DNA of 64,000 nucleotides from Pachysolen tannophilus NRRL Y-2460 (lineage: Eukaryota). The DNA is taken from contig KV454011.1 in NCBI GenBank assembly GCA_001661245.1, positions 828,956 to 892,955 of the forward strand, written 5' to 3'. Within the stretch, counting starts at the first letter, position 1. Every line of letters starts with the position of its first letter. A program made the position numbers and the translations under genes. Positions 11,100 through 22,071 of this stretch are shown here, piece after piece. Under the pieces are notes generated by a model. That model searched no databases. It was not told the origin of the DNA and was given only the letters and a program-made list of their open reading frames with translations.

Positions 11100-12590
11100 A
11101 TGAGACTAGAGCGTGAATTATCATACTACGAGAAATTCTTCTATGAAAGAAGAATTAACGATTTTTATTCGAATTTTTTCGTTTCTGCTACTTATTGCAA
11201 CAAAACAGGTAAAGATTTTAAAAAATTATTGATACATGCAGTAAAGAATTTGATTTTAAAATATCCTGCTTTATATACAAATGTTCATCAAGATTCTGAT
11301 AACCTTGATATTTACTTTAAGCCAGTTGATTCAATTAATCTAAAAAACTTAATTGACTTTGAAAATTATGAAAATTTATTAGATTCTGATAAAAATTTAA
11401 ATGAATCAATTGTATATGATATTGTAAAGTTTAAATTTGATTATGGTCAACTGAATTTGCCATTATGGAAATTGAAAATTATCAATGATTATACCGTTAT
11501 CTTTTATTGTGATCATCTTCTTTTTGATGGTACTTCTGGTTCGAATTTCCATATGAAATTATTAGAAGAATTAAATTTAATAAGTTTTCAAGCGGATGCA
11601 GAATATGATGTAGATAATAATGATTTTGATATTGTATTGTTCAATTCTAGAATTGAAAAAAATTATTTAAAGCCAATACCAAAATCAATTTATGATCATT
11701 TTTATTTAGAAAATTCAGAATCTGTTTATACAAGATTGGTTCCTGCTTGGTTACAGGAAATATTTCAAAAATCTTTTGAATATTTCTCAATTGGCAGCAC
11801 TAATATCAATGGACAAGATTTTATAAAACTGCCTTTCATTGATCCTAAATATCTTACAAAACCTGGTGACTTTGAATACGATATTAAGATCATAAACATT
11901 CCAGTCAAGGTGTTGAAATTAGTTCTCAAAAGTACTAGGGAAAAAAATGTTTCTTTAACTTCCTTAATTATTTATATTTCTTTATTAGCATTACTGCCAT
12001 TGACTAACGAGAAAACAATAACACTGAAAATTCCAGTTGATCTTCGTGAGAGACTAGACTTATCGGATCTATCAGATGAAATTAATGAGTTTGATGACAC
12101 TTTTGGATTATTTATAAAATTATTACAATTGACGTTTCCTCCTCTGAAATTAAAATTCAAATTAAATAACATTTCAAATGAGAGAAATGCTAAATTTAAT
12201 TGGAATGAGATTAAAAAGATTAATTCTAGCTTATCACAGTCCGCAAGTCAAGATCATTTCAAAACGATTACAAAGTTCAAGCATGTGGATATTAAAGAAA
12301 ATATGTTACAATTCGCAAATAAACCATTTATATCTACTTTACAAATTTCAAACTTGGGATTAATAAAATCGAAAACTATAGATGAGAATAATTCCAATGT
12401 TATAATAACGGATATGTTATTTTCACAGTCTAATGGTGTATTGGGTTCACCTTTTTTCTTAAATATTATTTCAACTGCAATTGGTGGAATGAATATTGTG
12501 TTATCCACAATTCCTGATTTGAAGAGTGAATATCTGGAGTCTGTAGAATTATTAGAAAAAATAATACTTGAAATCGAACATTATCTTTAA
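11100..12590 (+). CDS. Alcohol O-acetyltransferase family (Atf/Sli1-like), copy 1
   Basis: LPLWKL and DHLLFDGTSG (HxxxD) motifs, ISNLG, FSQS; first ATG at 11100. Confidence 0.85.
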   Translation: MRLERELSYYEKFFYERRINDFYSNFFVSATYCNKTGKDFKKLLIHAVKNLILKYPALYTNVHQDSDNLDIYFKPVDSINLKNLIDFENYENLLDSDKNLNESIVYDIVKFKFDYGQLNLPLWKLKIINDYTVIFYCDHLLFDGTSGSNFHMKLLEELNLISFQADAEYDVDNNDFDIVLFNSRIEKNYLKPIPKSIYDHFYLENSESVYTRLVPAWLQEIFQKSFEYFSIGSTNINGQDFIKLPFIDPKYLTKPGDFEYDIKIINIPVKVLKLVLKSTREKNVSLTSLIIYISLLALLPLTNEKTITLKIPVDLRERLDLSDLSDEINEFDDTFGLFIKLLQLTFPPLKLKFKLNNISNERNAKFNWNEIKKINSSLSQSASQDHFKTITKFKHVDIKENMLQFANKPFISTLQISNLGLIKSKTIDENNSNVIITDMLFSQSNGVLGSPFFLNIISTAIGGMNIVLSTIPDLKSEYLESVELLEKIILEIEHYL

Positions 12591-13879
12591 AGATGAAGAG
12601 AGCTAGGAAATGATTAGAAAGATAAAATTCTCAATTAAGACTATGAAATGATATAATTTATCTGTATTGTTAATGAACATTTCACCGTACCTAAATTTTT
12701 TTAAAAAAAAAAAAATTAATAGCAAAATTAACGTTTGAAGATTTTCGACAATCCTAGTCTAGTATTTACCAAAATAACAATTATTTAACAGCAAGCTGTA
12801 TGTTTAAATTTGATTTCAAGATTGTTCATATTTTTTTCAACATCAAACACTTTGAAATCTTTAGGAAACATAATATTCACACACTAAAAATTGCTCCTAG
12901 TTTTTAATATTTAATAATTTTAGTTTAAAACTTTTAGCAAAGTAAGATGAGGCTCATGTAAGCATTATTAGTAGGTAGTGATTATTATTATCATTGAGTA
13001 AAAATTTTTTTTTTTCTATGTATTATTATTGCTGAATGAAAAGTTCTATTATTAGGCGCGTACCATTCTGTACTGACCTGTTTGGAAAGATAAACAGGTA
13101 AAAATTAATTCATTAGATATCATTGGTAAACCCTATCACAAAAACAGTCTTAGCTTTTAAATTAGGTTTAGCTTAACACGATCCAAAACCTGAGTACGAA
13201 TAATCCGGACATAGAACATGGTAAATTCCAATTCTCAAATAATAGGAATACATTTTATTCAAGCAATTTGGTGAAATCTTTTGCTCTTCGAATTTTCTAG
13301 TGTTCCGGAAATAAGAGGTGAGTTTATTACCATTACCAAAATTTTTTTTTGTTTTTTTCACGTATCTGAAATTGACACCTAGCGAAGAAAAAAAATTGCA
13401 GAAAAAAAAAAAAAATATTATATATATAATATAGTGTTTTTTCTTTTTTCCAACATTAATTAAAGCTTTGTCGTAAAGTAAAGGCTATACAATTAATCCT
13501 TCTTAATTTTTGTTTCTTTTTTAAATTACTTCTTTCTTTTTTTCCCTTAAATTTGCTTACTTTTATCTATATATAGATAGGATTTATTCCGGATTTGCTT
13601 TCTAGAACTAGTTTCTCCTACGAAACCGGAAATCACATGCGCATCGCTTTCGAAGGGGACTGCAGGATGACGTCAAAGATGATTTCGAAAACTTTTTCTT
13701 TTATCTTCACAAAGAAATCACAAAAACCATATATAAGTTTAGAAATAATCAGATATTTTAAACAACAGATTGAGAAAGGAGTAATGAGAAGCGCTAGTGA
13801 TAAAGGAATAAATTTGTATCAAAAATTGATTAGCGGATATACTAATACAACATTACTGAGAAAAAGACCGATTAATACC

Positions 13880-15367
13880 ATGTCTGTACTACCGGAAAGG
13901 AATGTGTCATTTTTCGAAGAATGTTATTATCAAAGAAATGTTACAGATTTTTATTCGAATTTCTTTGTTTCTGCAACTTATGATAATAGAAAGGGTAAAG
14001 ATTTCAAGAGGATTTTAGCAAAATCATTAAGAAATTTGATTTTGAAGCATCCAATATTATATACAAATGTATATAAAAATGAAAAAATTAATAGACTAGT
14101 TTTAAGACCAGTTGAATCGATTAATTTTAAAGACTTGGTTGAGTTTGAAGAACATGAAACATTATTTGATCATCCTAATAGTCTAAACGGCCATGTTATG
14201 CAAGAGATTATTCATTCGAAATTCAAGTATGGGAACTTGGATGAGCCTTTATGGAAATTAAAAGTTATCAATAATGAAACACTTATCTTTTATTGTGATC
14301 ATATTTTATTCGATGGTACCTCGGGTGCTAATTTCCATGAGAAATTACTACATGAGTTTAATGATGTTAGTAAGGCAGAAGATGAAACAGAAGCCAAGAA
14401 GGTTCTTGAAAATAATGATATAAAATTGTTTGATTTAGAAGATGACGCTCAATATGTTAAGCCTTTACAAGAATCAATATATGGCGCTATGTGTAAAACT
14501 GATATTAAATTCATTGCAGGAAATTTATATTCACAATATGCACCTGCTTGGTTACAAAAAATCCCAGAAAAATTATATGAATATTTTTTCCCAAGTCCTA
14601 TTGAACAAAGTAAGGAAAATAGTTTAACGCCAACAGGATCTTTATATGAAAATACTAATTATTTGGCAAGAAAAGGCCTGTTTACTCATGATTTCAAAAT
14701 TGTTAATATTCCACCTGATAGATTAAGTAAATTATTGAAAATCACCAGATCAAATGAAGTTTCATTAACCGCGTTAATTATGTATGTTTCGTTAATTGCA
14801 TTAAAGAATTTAACAAAAGACCAGGATACCATTACAAAATTTCCAATTTCACTTAGAGGAAAAGAAGATTTAGGAAAATATGATACTACATTTGGATTAT
14901 TTATAAAGAGCGGAGAACTAGTATTACCTCCACTAACAAACAAACCATCACCAACAACAACAGATAAAGTTGATTGGAAGGTTGTTAAATTGATTAATGA
15001 TAAGTTAAAAGAAGTTTTAGTTGATGATGATAACTTCAAGTCCATTGCTATGCAAAGATTGTTCAATGATACAAAATTCTTTGTAAAGCAATTAAACAAG
15101 CCTTTGTCATCAACATTGGAGATATCCAATTTGGGTTTTAAGTCATTTAAAGACATTGATGAGACTGCAGCGGATTTCATGATTACTGATATGTTGTTCT
15201 CTCAATCAATTGGTGCATTAGGTTCAAATTTTTCTCTTGATGTTATCTCTACAAAACTTGGCGGTATGAATATTGTTCTTACCACTATTCCAGAATTGAG
15301 AGAGGAATATGCCTACTCTATTGATTTATTTGAAAAGTTAATCATTGAACTTGAAAATAATGCCTAA
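13880..15367 (+). CDS. Alcohol O-acetyltransferase family (Atf/Sli1-like), copy 2
   Basis: DHILFDGTSG, EISNLG; ATG at 13880 aligns with the copy 1 start, and the upstream extension has no counterpart. Confidence 0.85.
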   Translation: MSVLPERNVSFFEECYYQRNVTDFYSNFFVSATYDNRKGKDFKRILAKSLRNLILKHPILYTNVYKNEKINRLVLRPVESINFKDLVEFEEHETLFDHPNSLNGHVMQEIIHSKFKYGNLDEPLWKLKVINNETLIFYCDHILFDGTSGANFHEKLLHEFNDVSKAEDETEAKKVLENNDIKLFDLEDDAQYVKPLQESIYGAMCKTDIKFIAGNLYSQYAPAWLQKIPEKLYEYFFPSPIEQSKENSLTPTGSLYENTNYLARKGLFTHDFKIVNIPPDRLSKLLKITRSNEVSLTALIMYVSLIALKNLTKDQDTITKFPISLRGKEDLGKYDTTFGLFIKSGELVLPPLTNKPSPTTTDKVDWKVVKLINDKLKEVLVDDDNFKSIAMQRLFNDTKFFVKQLNKPLSSTLEISNLGFKSFKDIDETAADFMITDMLFSQSIGALGSNFSLDVISTKLGGMNIVLTTIPELREEYAYSIDLFEKLIIELENNA

Positions 15368-15557
15368 CTTATTATTTAAAAAAAAAAAAAAAAAATCTTT
15401 TTTAATTCTATTTTTTTAATTTTTAAAATTTAATCTTTTTAATTGCTGAATTTTCTTTTATTTTTTTTTTTTTTTTTTTCAAGTTTTTTGTTTCATGTGT
15501 TTTGTTTGTGTTTCATTTGTCTTTGTATTTCCGTTGAAGTTTACATAAATTATAATA

Positions 15558-16170
15558 GTCGTAATTTTTCACACGAGCAGAAGGGAGTCTATTAGTTGGT
15601 GATTTAAGACTTGCTAAAATCAATTTTACATATTTTCTTCATCCATTGGAATGAGAAGATATAATTCATAGCTATTAGTTCTCTTCTCCGTGTAATTGCG
15701 GACAACCAATTTTCAACTTTGAGTAAAAAAAAAAAAAAAAAAAAAAGAAAGAGAAATCTAGTCTGCCTTTAAAAGAAAAAAAAAAGAGACAGTCATGTCA
15801 AGGTTACTTTAGAAGTATCGAACAAATGGTGAAGGCGTCTCTTTTCTAAAGTCTAATGATCCGTGAGATTTGATTTTGGGCTCATATCAAGTGTGAGAAC
15901 TTTTTATTATTTTTTTTTTCATACCTCGTAACTTTATCTATCTAATGTTAAAAAAAAGTCAAAAGGGTCGAACTCCTCATTGCGAATAAGCTTATGAGGG
16001 GAGGGTTCAGGATTTACAAAGCTGTGAAAGTTTCTAATTTTCAGGCTTTTCTTTTCTTCATAAGAAATAGTATCTATCTTATGGAGAAATCATACAGCCA
16101 TATTTTCTGTATCCGTTAGTAACAACTGATGGAGTTCAAAAACATCAAAGATTCATTCAATTTTTTTTTG
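15558..16170 (+). ncRNA. Candidate structured ncRNA (telomerase-RNA-like architecture); boundaries approximate
   Basis: Many stems with G-U pairs on the + strand, a three-way-junction arm, AAT9G Sm-like site at 16159-16170, downstream GTAAGC and TACTAAC. Confidence 0.45.
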
Positions 16171-16687
16171 CCTGTGTGTGGGAAATTTTTAAAGTGAAGT
16201 AAGCGAGCGGGCTATACCTTGTAGTAAAAAATTCTTTAGTTCTTGTATTTTACTGGGATCAGTAGGTTGGGTGAAATAGGAGAACCGCGAATTTTTTTTT
16301 TTTTTTCCTTTCACCTATGGGCTTGTTGTACTAACTTGGACGTTGTGCCGAGCTGGCCCCCGTTTAGTTTTTCCCTATGAAATCGGCGGATTTAGCTTAT
16401 TTTTTCAACGCATATTTTATTTTTTTAAACTATACGCCCCATTAATTTTGCTGCCCTTACAAAAAAACTTTTTTTTAAGGAAGAGCGGGAGACAGCAGCC
16501 TGCTGCCTGATTTCCTCAAAAAAAATTTTCTTTTAAAGGCGAGACCTCGCCCGCAATTTTTTTTTTTTTCCCAGCTTCACCTTTTATCTTCTGGATACTA
16601 AATAGCGCATATCGACCTACATTTACAAGAACTTTGTAGTACGAGATACATAAGTGCTATTACGTATAATCAAAGAAATACTAAATC

Positions 16688-17640
16688 ATGCTGTCAGAAA
16701 AAGACCTAAGGGCTTCGAAGGATAACGTAAGTTTATATTCTTAACATTGAGTTGAGCATTGTTGTTTACCTATTCTTCAATTTACAACACCATAAAAATT
16801 AATTAAAAAACATTATTATTTGTTTACATTTTATTGATATTACATTATCAGTGGAAGTAAATCTGATAAAAACATGAGACCAACTAAAAGTGGAACTTGG
16901 TATATACCAATCAAAATTACGAAACCATAGAATGAATGAAATGATTACTAACATGATATGGACTTTTTTAGATCGTTGCTGCTTTGTTTGAACTTTCAAA
17001 AGCTTCAGGTGAGGCTGCTAAAGCCACTGTTGATTTTTTCAATGCTATCGAAGTAAACGGAGACCATTCAAAGGACATCAAGGATTTAGCTTCATCTTTG
17101 GCTCTTTTGTCTCAATCGGTCAAATCTGTAAACCAGCTTGGGATTTTCTTAAATAATGATGCCAATAAGAAAGTTGTAAAGAAACCAAAAGTTGAAAAAG
17201 ATCCAAATGCTCCAAAGAAACCGTTAACTTCATTTTTCGCGTATTCTGCTCATTGGAAGAAACTTCATTATGATAAATTACGTGAAGAAAGAGCTAGAAA
17301 AGGTGAACCTGCTTTATCTTCAGTTGAGTTAACTCAAATTATTTCTCAAAAATGGAACGAAATAACAGATAAGGAAAAAGATGAATGGAAGAAAAAATAC
17401 TATGCTGAATTAGGTAACTACAACATTGAAAAGGAAAAATATGAAAAGACAAAAGCTAATGGTGGAACCATTGAAATTGCTCCTGATTTGTCTTCATCTA
17501 CCATTGTCCCAGCTTCTATAGACCAAGAAGAAGAAAGTAAGAAGAAAAAAAAGAGAAAGACTGATGATGAAGAAGGTGATGAAGAAAGGAAAAAGGAAAA
17601 AAAGAAAGAAAAGAAGAAGAAGAAGTTGGCTGCTGAATAA
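16688..17640 (+). CDS. HMO1: HMG-box chromatin protein Hmo1; exons 16688-16726 and 16972-17640
   Basis: Intron GTAAGT(16727)..TACTAAC(16946)..TAG(16971) joins ...RASKDN/IVAALFELSKA; DPNAPKKPLT HMG box; Lys-rich tail. Confidence 0.93.
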
Positions 17641-18406
17641 TTGTTCTTTTTTTAAGCAGTTGAATGAACTTTTTTCTAATACTTTTTTCCCTTTTACTAT
17701 TGTCTTCTTTCCTTAAAGTTTCTTTCTTGTTTAATTTTTTTTCTTGTTTTTGTAAACCGTTGTACCCTTATAATATCATTTATTCAGTTTCATAATCTTA
17801 TTCATATTTGCCGTTGTTGTTTTGGTATGTGTTTATATTTCGAAACTGAATTGAGATTAATTCACTTCTTTTTTTTTTTGTTGTTGTTGTTGTTGTTGTT
17901 TATTTTTTTTTTTTTCATTTATTTTTTATTATTAATAATTTGTGTGTACCATTTAATGCTCAATTGTGTATTTTAAACCTTACAAACCTATATACTTAGA
18001 GTTGTTGAAGAGTAAACTGATTATATAAAGCCATCAAGCAACGGTTACTAGACAAATATGTCTACGCTTTTTTTTCTTTGTGTTAACCTTATTACCATAG
18101 ATACCGATAAACTTAATCTATTGAAAATGTGTATACGCATATACAGTAAAATAGGCGCACCAAAAGTGCACACACATACCAAACAAGCGCGCGCTATTCA
18201 ATTTTTTCTTTTTTCAATTTTTGTACACAAGACACACTTTAACGTTTTAGTTATATTATGCACATTTTTCTTGGTACAAAAAATTTTCGAAGTTTTAAAA
18301 GGGACGACTAAAACTATATATAATGAATTCATCGTTATATATTGAAAATTAAGAAAGAAAGAAAGAAAGAAAGAAAGCAAAAAGGAATTTTTTATATTTC
18401 ACACTC

Positions 18407-19318
18407 ATGCTTTTCCGTAATTCTTCATTGAGGCTGATAAGGCCAGTAGGAAATAGGTTATTCCATCTAACTGGTAGATTGATGAATGAACAACTACCGC
18501 TTTGTTTGGAGCCAGCAAAGTGGAAAGGTCTTCCAAGTGAGGATATTTTTAAGTTATACCAGGAAAGGGTATTAACATTAGGTCCTCATTATAAGAAATC
18601 AAAAGAAGAATTGGAGGCATTATTGACTACATCTGCAGATACTGGGTTTACTTTGAAGCAAATTCAGAAAATTTATGAAGGAGGAGAATTGTCTGCATTT
18701 GAAGTAGAAAGGTTATCAGCAGATGATGATTTTACACCACAACCATATCTTTTTGATGATTATCCATCACAAGCACATGATATGATAAATGAACATAGAG
18801 AACAGAGGCAATATAATAGAATTGCTGCGTATGAGATGCCATTATTAGCCAAATATCGTAAAGAGTACAAAAGACCTTCAGTTTCTACTAAACCTGTTAC
18901 TTACCGTTATACCACTTATTTAGGTGAATCACATCCAGCGGAACGTAAAGTTGTATTGTCACTTAAAGTGAAAGATTTAGGGTTAGATGGAAGGCAAGAA
19001 CATAAATTCAAATTATTGGCTGGTGTTCGTTACGATTATCAGACAGATTGTTTCAAAATGTCATCAGAAAGGTATCCAGAACCTGCTCAAAATGCAAGAT
19101 TCTTGTCAGATACTTTGAATAGATTATTGCTGGAATCAAAAGATTTATCAAAGGACGATTTTAGTGATATTCCAATAGACACTCGTTATATAAAATCAAA
19201 GATTTCCAAAAAAAAGAACAAAGATTACCAGTTTCCAGAAGAATGGAAGAGACCAGAAGATGCCCCTGGAAAGAAATTTGACCCATTCAGAGAATTATAT
19301 AGAGATTTGAAGATTTAA
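18407..19318 (+). CDS. RSM24: Mitochondrial small ribosomal subunit protein mS35
   Basis: YNRIAAYEMPLL, HPAERKV, DDFSDIPIDTR motifs; synteny with HMO1 and NGG1. Confidence 0.92.
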   Translation: MLFRNSSLRLIRPVGNRLFHLTGRLMNEQLPLCLEPAKWKGLPSEDIFKLYQERVLTLGPHYKKSKEELEALLTTSADTGFTLKQIQKIYEGGELSAFEVERLSADDDFTPQPYLFDDYPSQAHDMINEHREQRQYNRIAAYEMPLLAKYRKEYKRPSVSTKPVTYRYTTYLGESHPAERKVVLSLKVKDLGLDGRQEHKFKLLAGVRYDYQTDCFKMSSERYPEPAQNARFLSDTLNRLLLESKDLSKDDFSDIPIDTRYIKSKISKKKNKDYQFPEEWKRPEDAPGKKFDPFRELYRDLKI

Positions 19319-19662
19319 ACCTGTAAATAAATATATATTAAATTAAATTTTTACTTGTAACTCTTACTTCTGAACTGTTCTTAATTTATATGGTAGTGTA
19401 GGATTTACAAAAGTGTTTTTTTTTTTTTTTTTTTTAATTTTTTATTTTTTTTTAAATTTTTATTTTATTTTTGAAGATGTCATATTAAACGTTTTTAAAC
19501 GTGTAAACTAACAAATCAGTTGTTAAAAAGAACGGAGTTATAATCAATCCCTAATAAAGCCATTTATCTCTTTTCATCATAGAAAGGTGGCATTTATATA
19601 GAGTGAATTTAAAGAAATTCATTTAACATAAAAAGTCATAAAGAAAAAAAAACAAAAAAAAA

Positions 19663-21981
19663 ATGGGAAGGTCGTCAATATCTCGTGCGCGTTCAGGTAA
19701 AAAAACAAGCAGACCGCCGCTGAAAACTTCGAAAAAATCCGCCGCAGCAGCCAACGCTTTGGATAAGAAAAGTTCTGTTAGTGTGCCTTCGGAAATATTA
19801 TCAAATATATTATCTGATTTAAATTTAACATATGACTCATCACTTGGATTGTTGAGTGGTCCATATATAATTTCTGCTCCGCCTGTGGAAAAGTTGAATG
19901 ATTTGAGTAAGAATTTAAATAATTTGAAAAATCAATTGAGTAATACTATTGAAGATGATAAAGAAGCTCTTAAAATTATAGATGAAAAATTACAAGAAAA
20001 AGATGTAAAATCTGAAAATGAAATTAAATCGGTAAAAGAAGATGTTTCAATTGCCAATGAAACTAGAAAGCATAACGATAACAATCAAGATCAAGATGAG
20101 GAGGAAGAATTAGTAAGACCAAGAAAGAAAAGTAGAACTTCAAATAAAATTGATCAAGAGTTGTATGCTGATGCTGTGGAAATACAGCCTGGACAAGTGA
20201 AAGAAGATTTAAAGGATATGCCACTTTCGGAAATGAAAAAAAATGATGAGGAACAGAAGCAAGAATATGAAGAAGAAAAAGATCTTAATGGTGAAGATAG
20301 GAAAAAAGAAGACGAAGAAGATGAAGACTCAAATGATGAAAAATATCATACACCACCTAATGATACGCGTATTAAAAATCCAAAATCTGAATTTGTCACA
20401 TCACAAACTTTGCCAAGTGCTGCTGCATCTTTAGGATTGTTTTCTGAAGAAACTGGGGGCTTGGATCAAACAGGAGAAGAATTTTTGAAGAGGAAATATG
20501 CTGTTGCTTCTTATCCAACTAGAGATTTAAAAGATTTGTTACCTGGTGAAATACCAGATGTTGATTTTTCGAAAAGTAAACCTCCAAATCAAGTTCAATT
20601 TACAACTTTTCAATCATATATCGAACCTTTTTTCAAATTATATTCAGAAGAGGATATTAAATTTTTGAAAGAAAAATATATCATCCCGAGTTCATTCAGT
20701 AAGAATTATGACCCACAGTTGCATCCTTTTTTAATACCAAAATTAGGTCCATTTTATGGTGATATATGGAATGAAGAAGATCAGTCAAGTGGATTAAAAG
20801 GAGGAGCGAGTAGTGTGAATTCGATAAAATCAATGGTATATCCTAAGGGAAGTTCAGAAAAATTAACAGACGATTTATTGGAAACAGAAGATATTTCTTG
20901 TGGCCCACTTGTTTCGAGATTGTTATCAGCATTGGTTAAAGATGAAGTTGATAATGACGATGAAAATAATAATACTAGTACTAATAATAATAACACTAAT
21001 AATAATAATAATAATAACAGCAATAACAACGGTACTGCCACTAAAAAGGAAGACGGCGATAAAAATGGCGATGATCTGGACGAGGATGATGAATACGATG
21101 ATGATAATGATGGCGATGATAATGCCAATTCCCAGGCATTGAGAAAATTGTTGAGTTCAACTACTTTGGAACAACAACAAGGTTGGAAAGCCACTGCTGT
21201 GAAGGCGGATTATGCCCAACTAGATCAAAGATTAAGAAGAGAATTGAAATATATTGGTGTTTACCTGAATGTTCAACAAAGTTTGAAAAACAATTCTGTT
21301 TTGAACGGAGTGAATAATGGAACTACCGACGCTTCAAAAAATACAAAGGACGAATTCCAAGAGGATTGGATCTTTGGGAAAGAAGATGATGAAATATGTG
21401 CCGAAATTAGAGCGTTACAACGTGAATTAACCATGGTTACTAGAAGAAATAATAAACGTAAGAAGACGTTGATACCACTTGTTGAAGAACAAATAGCATG
21501 GCAAGAGTATATTTCCATATTGGAAGATTTAGATAAACAAATTGACCAAGCATATTTGAAAAGAATTCGCGTTCCTAAGAAATCTAAAAAGAGAGGTGCA
21601 GGTGTATCACATTCAACTAATAATTTGACTCCATCTGCATTGGCGGTTCAGCAAGCACAACAGGCACATCAAGCACTGGCTAATAGTGGATTGAGGTCTT
21701 TGTTGGACAAGAGAAGCAGATGGATAAATAAGATTGGGCCATTGTTTAAACAAAATGAGTTGATGAGAAGAATTCCTAATGAATCAATTTTCAACAAGAA
21801 TTACTTGGAGAATAACGAGGATGATGATGATTACAACAATGATGATGGCGAAGAAGAAGATGGAATTGGTATAACTAATGACAATAACAACAGTAATAAT
21901 AACAGCAATGGAAATGTCACTAATAATAGTGCTAATGATGGTAGTAATAACGGTGATCACTTGATAAGCAGTAGTGCTTAA
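19663..21981 (+). CDS. NGG1: SAGA/ADA complex subunit Ada3
   Basis: KNPKSEFV, PPNQVQFTTF, CGPLVSRLLSA, EDDEICAEIR motifs; Asn/Asp low-complexity (AAT)n tracts. Confidence 0.93.
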   Translation: MGRSSISRARSGKKTSRPPLKTSKKSAAAANALDKKSSVSVPSEILSNILSDLNLTYDSSLGLLSGPYIISAPPVEKLNDLSKNLNNLKNQLSNTIEDDKEALKIIDEKLQEKDVKSENEIKSVKEDVSIANETRKHNDNNQDQDEEEELVRPRKKSRTSNKIDQELYADAVEIQPGQVKEDLKDMPLSEMKKNDEEQKQEYEEEKDLNGEDRKKEDEEDEDSNDEKYHTPPNDTRIKNPKSEFVTSQTLPSAAASLGLFSEETGGLDQTGEEFLKRKYAVASYPTRDLKDLLPGEIPDVDFSKSKPPNQVQFTTFQSYIEPFFKLYSEEDIKFLKEKYIIPSSFSKNYDPQLHPFLIPKLGPFYGDIWNEEDQSSGLKGGASSVNSIKSMVYPKGSSEKLTDDLLETEDISCGPLVSRLLSALVKDEVDNDDENNNTSTNNNNTNNNNNNNSNNNGTATKKEDGDKNGDDLDEDDEYDDDNDGDDNANSQALRKLLSSTTLEQQQGWKATAVKADYAQLDQRLRRELKYIGVYLNVQQSLKNNSVLNGVNNGTTDASKNTKDEFQEDWIFGKEDDEICAEIRALQRELTMVTRRNNKRKKTLIPLVEEQIAWQEYISILEDLDKQIDQAYLKRIRVPKKSKKRGAGVSHSTNNLTPSALAVQQAQQAHQALANSGLRSLLDKRSRWINKIGPLFKQNELMRRIPNESIFNKNYLENNEDDDDYNNDDGEEEDGIGITNDNNNSNNNSNGNVTNNSANDGSNNGDHLISSSA

Positions 21982-22071
21982 TAAATAAGGTGTACTTAAA
22001 TAGTAGTGTAATATTTAAATAAGAATGTTTTAATGACTTTAAATAAATAGAGAAAGAGACATGTATTTTTA

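Noticed and set aside
13595..13879. 95-aa N-terminal extension of the second acetyltransferase
   Set aside because: Starts at TTG, has no counterpart in the paralogue and contains promoter-like elements (TGACGTCA, TATATAA)
14686..15180. Antisense and overlapping ORFs of 60-164 aa (also 20781, 25572, 36834 and others)
   Set aside because: Shadow frames of real genes with non-ATG starts and no motifs
15543..15707. H/ACA snoRNA reading of the large hairpin (ACA follows the stem)
   Set aside because: No convincing bipartite pseudouridylation pocket or 5' hairpin, and structure continues well downstream
15873..15896. TTTTGGGCTCATATCAAGTGTG resembles the U2 snRNA 5' region
   Set aside because: Lacks the invariant GTAGTA branch-pairing sequence and the following TCTGTTCTT
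16091..16102. CATACAGCCATA as a telomerase template (terminal CATA repeat right after a hairpin)
   Set aside because: Too close to the Sm-like site for the usual element order, and the telomere repeat is unknown, so it cannot be supported
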